Positions 25,713-40,700 of a DNA stretch of 64,000 nucleotides are shown piece by piece; positions within the stretch are counted from its first letter, which is position 1, and each line of letters begins with the position of its first letter. The position numbers and the translations under genes were made by a program. This DNA is from Eledone cirrhosa (Eukaryota), in assembly GCA_964016885.1 (NCBI GenBank), contig OZ024752.1, positions 23,684,001 to 23,748,000 of the forward strand, given 5' to 3'. The notes under the pieces are model-generated. The model did not search any database, had not been told where the DNA came from, and saw nothing but the letters and a program-made list of their open reading frames with translations.

Positions 25713-27120
25713 CAGTGCTATCTTGTTTAATTCGTTCCGCGAGGGAGCTCGTAACTCAAGTTACTCGTATGTCAAATAAATTTTCCCCATTGAAATGAAT
25801 TGAAATGCCATTAATCCGTTCCGGGTACTCAAGAAATACCGCAGTTTTTGTTGTTATTGTTGTTGCGTGTCTTTAAATAAGAAAAATGTACTCAGAAATA
25901 ACGAATATTGTATTTTTTTAAAAAACAATATAATAGAATGTACTGCAATAAACTGGTTTTATTAAGTATAATCTACAGCATCTACCTTGGAAATCAGATG
26001 ATTTGAAGATGGAGGTGGAGGAGAAAGGCTGAACTAAATAACTGAATCTTATTCGCTGATGTTTGCCCTTTTCGCCACTCTTTCCTCACTTTTATCTGCA
26101 GGAATTTTCGATAAAAACCTGTTCAATGAGGTTTTTTTCATCTTCCCCTTCAGAATGTTTCTGAAATGAGTTAGGAAAGTGTCATTAAATAGCGTCGTCG
26201 CACGCCCAGTTGCAACCTTTTCTGGGTGTTTCTTTTGAATAAAGTCTGAAAGTTTCTCCCACATTCCCAATATTTCCTTTATCTCACTTGTAGAGATAAC
26301 CTCGTCCGTGTCACCTATTTCCTGCAAAACCTCCATGTGCTGCTGCGTCTGTAGATCCTTTAGCTCCTCCGTTGTCAATTCCTCGGAGTGTTCCTCGATG
26401 AGCTCGTTGATGTCACCTTCATCCATGTCCAGGCCCATGGACTTGCCGAGGGATAAAATCTCCTGCACTACTGCCGCTTCGGGTTCGAGTCTTTCAAAGT
26501 CTGTTTTAGACACAACCTCAGGCCCCAGTTTCTTCCACGCAGAGGTCAAGGTCCTCTTTGTAAGACCCTGCCAGGCCATATCGATAATTCTGAGGCATAT
26601 CACGATGTTATGGTGATCTTTCCAGAACTCTCGAAGGGTGAGGTTTGTGCTCTCCGTCAACTCAAAGCAGCGGCGGAACAGGTGCTTGGTGAAGAGCTTC
26701 TTGAAATTAGAAATCACCTGCTGATCCATGGGCTGCAGGATAGGGGGTGGTGTTGGGTGGAAGGTAGAGAACTTTTATAAACTTGAACTCATCTTCGAGG
26801 TCAGGTGGGTGAACAGGTGCATTGTCCAGGACAAGAAGGGCTTGCAGAGTTATTTGTTAACGTCAGGACCAAAGACCAAATTCACCCCTCCACAAAGAAC
26901 TGCTTGGTGACCCACGCCCTCGGGTTTGCCCTCTCTTTCAGAATCTTATGTGACTTAAATGGCGTTTACTGTGGCGTTCGCTACGTCAACTAGCGGTGGG
27001 GTATCTGAAGCTGGCTCTTAACCCGAATCTTAGATCGCAACTCAAAACAAAAAATCGGCCGAGTGATGGCTCGTATCTCGAAACACTCGTTAATTGGGTC
27101 ACTCGTAAGTCAAGGCACCA

Positions 27121-27123
<3 letters not shown>
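25713..27123 (-). mobile_element. Tigger/pogo-like DNA transposon, internally deleted
   Basis: Termini TA|CAGTGCTATCTTG and CAAGGCACCACTG|TA, with a DDE transposase remnant inside. Confidence 0.85.
26049..26960 (-). pseudogene. Tigger/pogo (CENP-B-like) DDE transposase C-terminal part
   Basis: PNTTP..LQPMDQQVISNFKKLF and AWQGLTKRTLTSAWKKL; the sequence upstream is frameshifted. Confidence 0.9.
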
Positions 27124-27161
<38 letters not shown>

Positions 27162-27658
27162 TGTGTGTGTTTGTGTTTGTGTGTGTGTATACCCACACAC
27201 ACACTCACTCACACACAAACACACACATATTTAAAGTATCAAAACATATCAAACATGCTTGATTTTTGTGCTTCTCAATAAAAAAGTTCAATGGACGTTT
27301 GTCCAGAGGTATAATAATTCAAATTAAAAGATATATGTATATATATAAAGAGAGAGAGAATCATATATCCATGAGAATACACAATACATTGCATATATGC
27401 AAAGCACATATTTCATATGTATATATATATATACATATATGGGATAACAAATTATCGTTATAGGTAATCCAGTTAGAGCTTGTGAATACTCCGTATTGCG
27501 GATAGTTTTAGCGTACGGCGTTGTTTGACTCAACAAGAGGTTTCGTTAGGTAGCGAGTTTGTGAGTTCTCGGGAGTTCCTATGCTAGTTAATCTTTGAGT
27601 AATAATAGTGAAAGAGTGAAGAATAACATGGTCAACAGTACAAAAAGGGTTTTATTTA

Positions 27659-27771
27659 CAGTATTAACAATTGTTTCATTGATTAAGTTGTCTAAAAATT
27701 GCTAATCACTTGAAGTTGTGTCACTTAATGTTAAATCTAATGCATGCTTAACCAAATCATCAGAAAAACTG
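27659..27771 (-). ncRNA. Hammerhead ribozyme with long stem II (family C), in an inverted pseudo-LTR upstream of a Penelope ORF
   Basis: Minus strand: CAGTTTTT CTGATGA TTTGGTTAAG...CTTAATCAAT GAAA CAATTG TT AATACTG. Confidence 0.7.
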
Positions 27772-27899
27772 TCTAAAATTATACACGGCGTTTGTAATAT
27801 ACTAGGAAAATTCAAATTACAACATCAATAATAAAGAAAGAAAAAGAAACAGAAAAGGAAAGAAGAAAAAAGAAGAAAGATAAAGAAAGAGAAACCGAG

Positions 27900-30150
27900 A
27901 GTAATAAAAATTATCAATCTAACTAGTACAGAACCAACACCCAACCTTATCAACTTACTCTCCAAAGGTCTTAAATTCATACCTACCCCACTACGTCCTA
28001 ACTACTATGAAACAAAGGAAGACATCACAGACTTCTGTAGAAAGTTACGACTCAGTGAATAACTATTCGACCAGTACAATGAGGATGAATCATTAGCCAG
28101 AAATAGAAGCAACTATACCCCATCAAAAGGTAGAAATAAAATCCTGGACGAATTCTGTGAACACATCACAAACTTCCCTTACCAACACTTGCACAGACAA
28201 AAACACAAGCCAAACCTCAACAAGAAAGAATGGGAAGAATTAAATAGATTAAAAACCGACAGAACCATTACAATTAAAGAGGCTGATAAAGGGAGTACAG
28301 TAGTCCTAATGGAGACAGAATTCTATATCAACTTAGCGCTCTCCACTTTGGAAAACGAAACATACTACGAAAAGGCTGAACACTACAATCAACAGAAAAT
28401 AATGAGAAACCTAAAAACTCTGATCAACCAATACAAAGAAGGACTCACTAACAAGGAATTCAGCTTCATCACAGACTTCACAAGTAAATCCAGCCTTTTC
28501 TACGGTATCCCTAAAGTACATAAAAGCGAATTAATAAGTAAGGCATGCAAGGAAGCCACAGACATAGTCATCAATGTCCCCTCACCCAATGATCTCAAAT
28601 TAAGACCTATAATAGCAGGCCCCGCTTGCGAAACCCACCGCCTTAGCAACTTCATTGATACCCTTCTCGAGCCTTTTCTCAAACACATCAAAAGCTACCT
28701 AGATATGCTCAATCACCTCCCTAATATGCCCCTTTCTGAACAAACCCTACTAGTGACGTTCGATGAAGTCAACCTATACTCCAACACCCCCCACAACCTA
28801 GGAATAGAAGCTATCCAATTCTGGCTGGATAATTACCACAATGAACTCCCACAACGCATCAAAAAAGAATTCGTGATAGAGGGACTCAAATTTATCTTGG
28901 AGAACAATTAATTCGTTTTAAATAACAAATCCTACAGGCAGAAATCTGGGACCGCTATGGGAACGAAAACAACCCCCACTTATGCCAACCTAGTCATGGG
29001 ATACCTGGAAATCACCCTCTACACTAAAGTACTAAACAAATTTGGAAACACTCTCCAATTACACATAGAAAGGAACTGGAAGCGATATCTAGATGACTTC
29101 ATCCTTTGGCACGAAAACATCGAGAAACTTAAATAATTTCACACCCTTATAAATGGGCTCAACATGAATATTAACTTTACGATGGAATACAGCCATCAAC
29201 AACTCCCCTTCCTCGACATCCTCATTAAGATTCATAACAAAAAAATAGAAACAGACATATACTACAAGCCCACAGACTCCAACCAATATCTTCCTTTCAA
29301 CTCTTGCCACTCTAGACACGTTAAAATTAATATTCCCTACAACTTAGCCAAGAGAATCTGTACTATAGTCTCAAATAAAAACACCTGAAACTTACGGCTA
29401 CAAGAACTAAAGGACACACTCATAGGCAGGGACTCCCCTGCATCACTAATTGACAATGGAATCCAACGTGCCCTAAAACTCAGTACCCAGGACCTTAGGC
29501 ACTCTAAACTAAATCAACCGAAACTAAAAGCTCTTCCATACATCTCCACACACAACCCCCTCAACAATGAGGCCTTTGACACCATCCTCCAGAACATCCC
29601 TGTGTTAAAAAAAGGACCATAGAATGAACCAAATCCTTCGAACACACGATATCATAAAGAGCAAAAGACAATCTAAGTCAATGAAAAACATCCTAACACA
29701 TGCCAAAGTACTGCCAACCACAACAACGAAACCCACAGTAAAAAAAAATGCGATAGACCCAACTGTGGCATGTGCATCAACCTAATAGAGTGTTCGGAAT
29801 TCTATTTCAAAGAAGGACAACGTTTTATAGTAAAACACAATTTCACATGCGCATCAGAAAATCTAATATATGTATTAACTTGCTCAGGTTGTCGAGAACA
29901 ATACATAGGCCAGACCAAAAACAGCCTCCGCCAACGCATGACTGTCCATAGATCCCAAATTAAAATACGGGAATACAGGAAAATACCACTGAGTGAACAC
30001 ATTGATACCTGTGCCGCTCAAAATCATCCCAACTTTAGAATCTTTCCCTCTACAAATTTAAAGATAATGCCACCCACACCCAGCACATCAGCAAGGAATC
30101 TCACTTTATTAACAAATACGGACCCCGTCTAAACACTTCTCCCTAAGACT
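27900..30150 (+). pseudogene. Penelope-like RT plus GIY-YIG (Neptune-like Cys linker), disrupted
   Basis: Motifs LLSKGLKFIP, KEADKGSTVV, FYGIPKVHK, LRPIIAG, GTAMGTK, RYLDD, LPFLDI, YYKPTD, CDRPNCGMC and NLIYVLTC..C...YIGQT...LRQRM..H. Confidence 0.92.
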
Positions 30151-30815
30151 AACCCACAACATACACACGTCAACATACATACCTACATCAGCATACATCT
30201 CTATCCACATATAAACACAATGACATACGTAAACACACATGTTCTATGGTGCAACACAAATATACACAAATTTGCATACCTTTTGATGTCTATAGATATA
30301 AACGTGCCGACACACACACATACATATACGCACACATGCATTTCACACTGATAGGCACATACATATTTGTACACAAGTATTCCATTATGGCAGGGCCTAA
30401 TGGATTCCCCCTGCAGTACGTACAATCTGGACACTCACACACACCTTGATGTTATGACAATACTATATATCATTTCACCCCTTTTATTATTAATGTTTTT
30501 GATGTTCTCTTGAGAGAACCGTTTTTGCTGAAAATATCAAATAATGTAGACCATTTTTACCAGTATCACAAAAATACTGGTCCACCCCCCCCCCCCCACA
30601 CACACACACACACACATACACACATATATACACACACACATATACACATATACATACACACGCGTACACTAACATACAAAGAGACATATACACACACACA
30701 CACACTTCTCCGTATAAGACAAGAGCTGAAAAATATCTTTCAACATGTTAAAATATCCCCCACACACGTACAGACACATTCCTACTGACCGATCCCTATA
30801 CCACGAATTACTCTG

Positions 30816-30869
<54 letters not shown>

Positions 30870-31469
30870 TTGTCTTAATAGGCACCTGAACTGTTGACCT
30901 TTCAACATGACTGCAATTCACACACACATCCCTACTGACCATTATCACAACAATGAACCTCTTTACTACACACACACACACGCACACACACATATTTGTC
31001 TTAAAAGACTTATTTTTCAGTGACTTCTCAATTAGGCGAAAAAGGACACTCTTCGACAAACTTACATTTGGCGCAAAATCAATTTTTAACATTCAGGTGA
31101 CCTCTACCGAGCAATGAAAATTGTTTTGACCACAAGAATTTTTGCAACACGAATTGGCGTGAAACTTATTTTAATACCTCTGGAGCCATTTTTTTTCACA
31201 TAAAACAGGTAGAATTTCCAAAACTGATCAGATTAGAGCAAACATCACGGGCGCTCTATCTCAAAATTATTTTTGGAAAGCATTAGAAATGCGCAACCGG
31301 TAAAAACTTAAAACTAAAACAATACTAACCAATACTTATTACTAATTTTTATTTATTCCTAATTAAACTATTTTTCACTGGAAACAATTTGTCACCATTT
31401 TCTTTTCCTTTTACTAATATATCACAACTCGTGTGTTACACCTCTATTCTTTTAAATATGTATATATAT

Positions 31470-31627
31470 ATCATCATCATCATCATCATCACCGTTTTAC
31501 GTCCGTTCTTCCACGCTAGCATGGGTTAGACGGGTTGTCCTGTTGTGGGCAGTGTCTGGTCGGCTGACCATGCCTTGCTCATACAGGAACTGATCTGGCT
31601 TGATTTCTACAGCTGGATGCCCTTCCT

Positions 31628-31630
<3 letters not shown>
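31470..31630 (-). mobile_element. Retroposon 3' end with (GAT)n tail
   Basis: (CAT)n followed by CGTTTTACGTCCGTTCTTCCACGCTAGCATGGG...TACAGCTGGATGCCCTTCCTAAC. Confidence 0.45.
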
Positions 31631-31681
<51 letters not shown>

Positions 31682-31809
31682 AAAGTTCTATTTAAATTGT
31701 TGGGATACAACAAGGAAATATTTTTATAACTGATATAAAGCACTCAACAAGTATTTGGAGTAAACATACGATATTAACAAATGGAAACTATATTTATAAA
31801 ACCATATTT

Positions 31810-31872
31810 ATTCTATTATACATATTTCAAGGACACCAAGTTAAATTATGGTGTGCTTTCATCAGACAAAAT
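31810..31872 (-). ncRNA. Hammerhead ribozyme type I (family B)
   Basis: Minus strand: ATTTTGT CTGATGA AAGCACACCA...TGGTGTCCTT GAAA TATGTA TA ATAGAAT. Confidence 0.8.
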
Positions 31873-32436
31873 ATAATATAGATCAGTTTTATAAATAAAT
31901 ATTGACATACCCTTAAAAAATGCAACCATTACTGTTGGAAGCTTCCGGATAGTGGAGTTGTTTACTTAAATTATTATTAGTATTGGATATTTTTATTTTT
32001 AAAATAAGCCGTTGGGTTACAGAGAAAGAAAAAGGAGAGAGAGAAAAAGAGAGAGAGAAAAAAAAGAAAAAAAAAAAATATATATATATATATAAAGAGA
32101 GAGAAAGGAGGGGAGAGAGGGATTGTGAGCGTGTGATACAGAGAGGAGGGAAAGAGAAAGTAGGAGATGAAGTGTTAGAGTAGTACTAGTGAAATATCGA
32201 ACAATCTTTGATAGGTTCACCGATATTTTTCACCTTTCCATGACTCAAAACACTCGGCAATTTAATGATACAGTCTGCTCGGTTTAGAAAGAAGCCTTTC
32301 AGCATATATTTATAGTTGTGGGATATTTATTAACGAATTCTTACCATGCTGTAGAAAAAAAGTAAGATAAATACACGGCTGTAAATAAGCACACACACAC
32401 GCACACACATACGCACACGCACACACACAGATATAG

Positions 32437-32762
32437 ACATTACTAACTGGCACTCCGTCGGTTTTGATGACGAGTGTTCTAGTTGATCCGATCAACAGAA
32501 CAGAACAGCATGCTCGTGGCTGAGCATTCCACGGATACGCGTACCCTTAACGTAGTTCTCAGATAGATTCAGCGTGACACAGAATATGACAAGGCTGGCC
32601 CTTCGAATTACAGGTACAACTTATTTTTCCCAGCTGAATGGACTGGAACAACGTGAAATAAAGTGTCTTGCTCAAGGACGCAACGCGTCGCCGGGAATCG
32701 AACTCACGACCTTACAATTGTCAGCCGAATACACTAACCAGAAAGCCACGCGCCTTCACACA
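32437..32762 (-). mobile_element. tRNA-derived SINE (second family)
   Basis: Minus strand: GGCGCGTGGCTTTCTGGTTAG (A box), GAGTTCGATTCCC (B box), then GTCCTTGAGCAAGACACTTTA. Confidence 0.8.
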
Positions 32763-32879
32763 CTCTCTCTCTCGCACGCATGCACGCACACATACACACA
32801 CGTACGTACTCACACAACGACAAATATACACGCATGTATATATGCATGTGTATGTATGTATACAAACAAGGCAACCAAT

Positions 32880-33000
32880 TGCTAGTGTTGTTAGAACGTC
32901 AGATAAAATACTTGAGGGTATTTTTTCCGGATCACAGATCTCTGAGTTCTAATCCCACCGAGGTCAACTTTGCATTTCATCTTTTCCAGGTCGAGTACAT
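32880..33000 (+). mobile_element. Partial tRNA-derived SINE
   Basis: GAGTTCTAATCCCACCGAGGTCAACTTTGCATTTCATC is similar to the 7175 family. Confidence 0.6.
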
Positions 33001-33027
33001 AGTGTGAATTCCCCCCCCTCCTCTCTC

Positions 33028-33083
<56 letters not shown>

Positions 33084-34719
33084 ATCAGAAGACCTAAAGA
33101 TGGATGGCCTCTATCAGGTTTTAAAATGCCCCTGACACAGTATATCACCGCGGTGCCTTTATGACTCCATCAGGAGTTCAATGTCCGTGTGTGAGGGAAA
33201 GAGAGAGGGAGGTGGAGGAACGGGTGGAGAAGCGGACATGAGGTAGTCAATTTGGCGGATTCGCTAGCGCATTGGATATTTGTTCCGGCTCTCTCGCTCT
33301 GCTCTGTGAGAGGGTGGCGGAGTGAGACAGAGATATAGAGGAAGAATCGAGACTAGTTTTGGAATAGTACTTTTTAATTGACCTCGAAAAGATGAGAGGC
33401 AAAGTGAATAGGGATGTGATTGTGTTCTGGGAGCCAAGAACGGCAGAAGTCTCCGCTCAACCGACCACAAACCTATCACTAAATCCATATTCTGGGAGCC
33501 AAGAACGCCGGAAGTCTAGACTCCACTGTCACAGGCTAGTCCGACCACAAACCTATCACTAAATTCAGTGGTAGCCAGTAATAAGATTGGAATGTTGCAG
33601 TGCTGTTGTGTTATTTATTTTACAAACGAAAAATAACTGGAAGCTTCTTAATCTGTTTTAGGTTCAGTGTTTATAAAACAACTTGCCAAACGATTACCAA
33701 AACATTCTACTGTTTAACAATTACAGACAGTAAACTGATTATAGCTTTGTACATCGTGGCATGTCAACTGATAAATAGGTTGAGAAACATTCGGTTAAGT
33801 AGACAGATACGCACACACACACTCACACATACAGATAAATAAGTAAACAGATAGATAGGTTCATACATACATACACACACAGACAAATAAGTAGATAGAT
33901 ACATACATACATACATACACACACACATAAATAGGTTCATACATACATACACGCACAGATCGATACATGCATATCCACAGAGAGGCGGTAAATAGATAGA
34001 AATGTAGATAAACAGATATACCGACAGATAGATTCTAGTTTAGTCTGTCTGATTTTGTTTCATTATAAAACAATGTGAAAAAATCTGTTATCTTTTTGAA
34101 ACCCGCCATGTTTAGACATGGAGAGGAATAGGTTCTGTCATGTTTAAAATGCCATAGGACTCTATCATGATTTAAGGGTCCTTTACCTAGCTTTATCTAT
34201 ACTTCGACCTCTGGATCTCTACCCACGTGGCCATATTATTTAAAATAAAATGAAAAATTAGAAATAATTATTTCATCAGCACCACTACAACCAATTAGCA
34301 TGAATTCCGATTAAAAAAGAATTCTTTTACTCTGATATTTGGACACCCTGAGGAACGAAATACAAGACCCGGCAAAGGGCGGAGGAACTCAACAGAGTCA
34401 ACGGCCATCCAAATAGTCCCAACACCTTTCTAGGAGAGGGAAATTCTGAACAAAGATCCTGCGGCTTCGGAAGCATCCGATGATGTTGACCAGTTCTCCT
34501 TTTTGGGTAGTGTTTTCGATGCTCAGAGAATGGCATTGGTTGAATGCAAGGCCTTTCCCCACTTAAAAACGCTTCAAAGCACAGAAGCACAGGCATTGCT
34601 TGTTAAAGATCTTTTACAGGTTCGTGTGGCTGACCGTAGCCTAAAGGTGCACCATTTTCTGTAATCTGACAAGCGATTGCAATACACTTGGCAAAGTTTG
34701 CAGCCATCCATCATATATA

Positions 34720-34786
<67 letters not shown>

Positions 34787-35918
34787 ATGATATTAAATAA
34801 ATGGAAACTATATTTAAAAAAACATATTTATTCTATTTATTCTATTATATATATATTTCAAGGGTAGCAACAATTTTGGTACGCTATCATCAGATAAAAT
34901 ACAAAATGTTTTATAAATATTTGACATGACCAAGGATAATATACCTGTAACGGTTCAAGTTATCCCTGGAAAGTGAAGGGAAGAGAGAAGAAAAGTCAGA
35001 TATTTAAAATTATTAATATGAGTATGCAAATGATGTTTATATTGAAGGGCTGAAAAAACGTTATTTTAGACGCTATGGAAATTTTAAATATTTATGATAA
35101 GGAAGGAAGAGAAAGAGAAAAGAATAAAGTTAATTTGGGGGAAAAGATTTTTGTTACCTATATTATCATAAAAACTTTTTATACATAACTCCGATAATTT
35201 AACCTTATAAATTTACATAAAAATCAACATCCCTAGTAACTTAGATTAGGAATAAACACCTATTTATTTATTTATTTATAAATCAACATCCCTCGTAACT
35301 CATATTATAAACAAACTATCCTTTTAATAAAAAAACACATATGTTATTATTGAAAATATATATTTAGATATTTATATATTATTATAATAACATAAATAAT
35401 TCTCCATATAAATATAGACAAATGTCTGAATATATTTTCCCTAAAATAACGTTCAAGTGGTCTTCCTTTTCCTTCTTCTTTAACAATTTTAGTTTGATAA
35501 TTTATATAGCTTCGTTAAATTAACAATATTCTCAACACATTCTCAATGTTGAAAATTTTTGAATCCACAAATTATTCTAATCTCACAACTTGAAAATATT
35601 ATTTTCAACATCCTTCGTAACTCATATTTGTTTATATAAACAATCAATACATACGCAACTTATTAATATATATATAGATAGTTATATACATATAACCTAT
35701 CCTAATGTAATAAGATAAAAATACTTACAGGTATAACTTACAGTTTTACCAGGTAAAACTTGAAGCGTTAAGGTCTCATTTCTGGATATGTCAATATTTA
35801 TAAAACAAGCTTTGTATTTTATCTGATGAGAGCGTACCAAAATTTTGGTACCCTTAAAATATATATAATAGAATAAATATGGTTTTATAAATATAGTTTC
35901 CATTTATTAATATCATTG
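34787..35918. mobile_element. Non-coding family B element with about 190-bp inverted arms, each with an HHR (34839-34900 minus; 35816-35874 plus, GAAA mutated to AAAA)
   Basis: AATGATATTAA..AAATGGAAACTATATTT at the left end has its reverse complement at the right end. ATTTTAT CTGATGA occurs in both arms. Confidence 0.8.
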
Positions 35919-35955
35919 ATATATATATATATAGGCAAATGGAAGTTTAGTAAAA

Positions 35956-36063
<108 letters not shown>

Positions 36064-36091
36064 TGTAATAAACAACATAGGATAATTATTT

Positions 36092-36158
36092 CATTTACCA
36101 AAGGTTTCACGAAGACAGACGAGCTTGGTACATACGTCTGCCTTCAATCATCAGAATG
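36092..36158 (-). ncRNA. Hammerhead ribozyme type I
   Basis: Minus strand: CATT CTGATGA TTGAAGGCAGACG...CGTCTGTCTTCGT GAAA CCTTTGG TA AATG. Confidence 0.8.
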
Positions 36159-36262
36159 GATTTTATTTAAAATGGAAGTGAGATATGGATTTCAAAACAG
36201 AGTCTAGGACAAATAACGGACATAATGTAAAAGGGAAGATAAATACATATACAAGCACCTTC

Positions 36263-36963
36263 GGCGGGTAGAAAAAGTGAAACGAAACGCAAAAATCAGA
36301 GTTATGCTGGCAAGCGCTCCATAGTTAAAAAACCAGAGCTAAACAATGTGTTAAAACGCCATACAAACTGAAAAAGTGGTCAAGAAAGCATTAACCACCT
36401 AAGCCAAAAAGCAAATCAAGCCAAACAGATCAAACAAAATAAATGATAAAAAACAGACCTGGACCCATTGGAATTGATTGTAAAATCCAAATGCAGGGTT
36501 TCTATGACACGTAAATCAATAATACTGTCTGCTTAAAACTATAAGCTTTTGGTATAGTGATCGAACAAGGAATATCACGTTATCAACAGGTATTTTTCTC
36601 TATACCAAGTTTGTGAATGACATAGAGCTTCGTAAAAGCACATGTGTAATTCACAAGAGGAAAAATCCCAGATTTTGGCAAATGAATTCAGTATGTGTAT
36701 ATGATGCAAACATTTTCATAAATAGCACAAATCGAATAAGCACTCAACCGAGTAGTTTTTAAAATAAACTTATGCAATTAATCTGTCAATAGTTAATTGT
36801 AAGACTCGGGAGATTAATACAAATAAAAATTCAGCGAGAATCACATTTCAGCGGGTAGAAAAAGCGAAACGAAACGGAAAAATCAGAGTTATGCTGCCAA
36901 GCGCTCCATAGTTAAAAAAACAGAGCTAAACAATATGAAACAATATGTTAAAACGCCATACAC
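36263..36963. repeat. About 105-bp direct repeat pair, period about 588, next to an HHR
   Basis: GCGGGTAGAAAAAG.GAAACGAAACG...AAAACGCCATACA at 36263 and 36851. Confidence 0.75.
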
Positions 36964-37075
36964 ATATATACAAACATATATATATGTATATACACGTACA
37001 TATACACACACATATATATACGCAAAGACACGCACGCTTACACGCATGCATGCACACAGACACACACACATATGG

Positions 37076-37112
<37 letters not shown>

Positions 37113-37362
37113 TACATACAAACATGCATACATGTACACACACGCACGCACATATGAACATGAATACATACACTCTCACACGTACATAAACACATACACA
37201 ACACACCACACACACATGCATAAATTGTCGATACAGTTCAGTGGCAAAATTAGCAGACACGAAAATTATTAAAAAACAAGATTAAAAAAATAAAGACAAA
37301 AATGAACGGGCTGACAAAAAAAGAAAATAATAAATAATATATATATATATACATATACATAG

Positions 37363-37427
<65 letters not shown>

Positions 37428-37593
37428 CGTGTACATACATATAAATATATATGTATACACACACACACATATATATATATATATGCAGGCTCAGGCCAAC
37501 ACACGCATAAGAAAAAGTATATTTACTCACAATGCAAACAAGAGTACATACACATACATGTATACATAAAAGTATACACATATTTACACTCAC

Positions 37594-37624
<31 letters not shown>

Positions 37625-37789
37625 CATACATATATATACATATATACATATATATACATATATACACATATATACGTAAGAGAACATAAAAGCAAACATG
37701 CTCATACGCGTATGCATACATACACAAATACATAGACACATATATATATGTGTACATATATATATACACACATTCATACACAGAGTACT

Positions 37790-40700
37790 CACAACCTCTG
37801 ACTGGATTACCTATAACGATAACTTGTTATCCCATACACCCACCTCCCACTAGGTTGAGTAACAACCTTATCGCACGACAATAACATTTGAGAGCACCAC
37901 ATAGGCATGTCCTTAAAAAACATACCTATACCTACAAACAAGGACTTCACACTCGGCATGATACAGCGTACTAATGACTTCATCCGTCGAATCCGATGGA
38001 AGGCCTATCACTACGATAAAGGACACGCTAATAACACAGGAATTTACTAGGGGAAAATACGGATTCAAATCCTGCAAAAATCTACCGAATAACCCCCAGC
38101 TCGATGCCTTCGAACTCGACCTCATGAACATGATAAGTGGAACCAAATTCTAAAAACGGACACATCACAACAAACTGCAAAACGACATCATTGCACTACT
38201 AAAAAAAACTACGCAACACCAACGGTATTATAGTAAAAGCAGACAAAACATCAAACGTATACACCATGAGCCTTAATACATACAATAACTTTATACGCCG
38301 TGAACTACACAAGAAATACAAGAAAACTACAGAATCTACACTCACTATAAGGAAGGACTTAGCATATAAAAAAAACTGAACATATCTGATAGAACCGAGC
38401 CTCTAACCCCTTGTAACCCCACATTTAACCTAAAGGATCACAAAAATAATTTCGAAACAGACGCCACAATTAGATAAATATGCCCATCGAAGTCGGATAT
38501 AGGTAGAATTAGCAAGTATATACTAGATAGAGTAATAGCACAAATCAAGGACAAACTAGTAATTAAGCTATGGGGTAACACTAACGAAGCAATAGACTGG
38601 TTCAGCAAAATAGACAGTAGGGAAACATCCAACTTCGTACAGTTTGACATTAATGACTACTACTCCTCCATCTCCTCTGTCACTCTAGATAAAGCACTAG
38701 CCTTTGCCCAGAAAAACTCGGACCTAACCTGATGAAATTAAAATAATACTAGCTGCTAGAACTATCGTTAGATTCGAAAGTAGTTAATGGGAACGAAAAA
38801 GCAAACAGAATAGCTTCGATATCAGCGCAGGTAACAGACATAGTGGGAATATATATAGCGCACAATTTACATAAGGAATTTAAAACCTCCAAGGAGGAAT
38901 TTATAGAGACGACACACTCCTTTTAGCTAAGAACTTAAATAACCAAAACATGGAAAAATTACGGAAAAACATCAGTCTTCTTCAACAAACTAGGCCTAGG
39001 TATCACTTTCGAACTTAACTCTAAAAAAGCAAACTTCTTAGATGTAACACTCAACCTAAACACAGGATTAATAGAGCCCTTCCTTAAAAATAACGAGAAT
39101 CATTAGTTATAACTCAAACCACCCTCGATCCATAATTAACTCCATAGCACATAGTATATCCCTCAGAATATCCCGCCTATCTTCTAACCTAGAGATGTTT
39201 AATGAACACGCAAACTATTATAACATAGCTTTACATAAGGCAGGACATAAAGAGGGACTCAAATACATACCAGATAGAGACAGCAGTAACAAACCTAACG
39301 ACAACTACACTACCCACACCTATAGAAAAAAACAAGCATAGGACTAAACATAGATATAGACAACGAGCACCAAAAATAACTGAACCGAGCACTAATATAG
39401 GGATCCCTAGGAACTATAGAAAATCCAGAGATAGGAAATACTTATGGTTCAATCCAATATTCAACTCCTCTATAAAAATCAAACTACCTTCTACATTCTT
39501 TAAGCTAATTGACAAACACTCCCCTAAACTACACAAATACCATAGAATCTTTAATAGAAATACTATCAAACTATCTTACTCTACTGCAACCAACATAGAA
39601 TCACATATACATAAAATCAACCACAAAAGAATGTCTAAAGAAAATAACCTACCAACATACACCATTGCACCAAATACAAAACGCAAACACATAACAACAT
39701 CACAACCACACACACATCAGGGCGCATCACAATAGAACATTAATAGGCCTAAATCTCAACCCACCCATAACAACATGCAAAACCGCAAAGGAGAACCTGC
39801 ACATAGAAAAGACTCCAACTGTAACTGCCACCTACCGGATAAGTGCCCACTACAAAATAGATGCCTGGATTCAAGTATGGTGTACCTGTGTACTATAAAT
39901 TCAGGCAACTTTACATGGCACGACATAGGTTCCACGGCTGGGGAATTCAAAAATAGATGGTACGTTCACAGACACTCCATGAAGAACCGTATTCTGGAGA
40001 ACTCTACAACGCTCACCAATAAAACCTGGCAGCTTAAAAACATAAACCAGGAATATAGGATTAGCTGGTCAAAATTATCGGGAGCAAGAGCCTACAACAA
40101 TGGAATGTCCCACTGCAGACTTTGCAATATGGAGCTATTCCATATTTTAAAGTACGATAAGATGCTGCTTAACAGCAAAATAGAAAGATCAATTTTCTGA
40201 AGGCACAAAACAGCTACCAAGTTCACAAATTTCAAACCACCGTGATTCGACCCAGCAATCCCCAAATTAGAACTGAACCACCTGGATTTTAACGTACGGA
40301 ATACATACCATCACACCGCTATTAGCTGTCAACTAACTGACTGGTCACTAGATCATAAATCTCCTAACATTTCTTTCACCCTCTCTCCTTGAAACCACAT
40401 CAACACCATTAAGATAAGACAATACCACACACACACATATCGAAGTCCCCCTTCACCATCCATCCTTAGCCCTTAGGTCTCATACTAGTATCTCCCACTT
40501 AATTTCTAATTTATTGCTTTTTCTTTTATCTGTCATGTGTTACTACCTCAGATTCTCTACACGTATCTATGTATGTTTCGAATATTGTTTTTCATGTTAG
40601 CACTACATCCACCCCCACATCCTTACACAGACACTTACTCACCACCACCACTATTATCAACTATCGTATTCTGTACTTATATGCTTTTACTTATTTTTAT

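Noticed and set aside
32690-32762. tRNA gene
   Set aside because: A and B boxes are present, but there is no acceptor stem and the sequence continues into a SINE body.
33424-33563. Short local duplication (TTCTGGGAGCCAAGAACG…CCGACCACAAACCTATCACTAAA twice)
   Set aside because: Two imperfect copies only, with no supportable function.
34787-35918. MITE or DNA-transposon interpretation of the inverted-arm elements
   Set aside because: Arm lengths vary between copies, the arms contain HHRs, single-arm copies exist, and related arms flank Penelope RT sequences.
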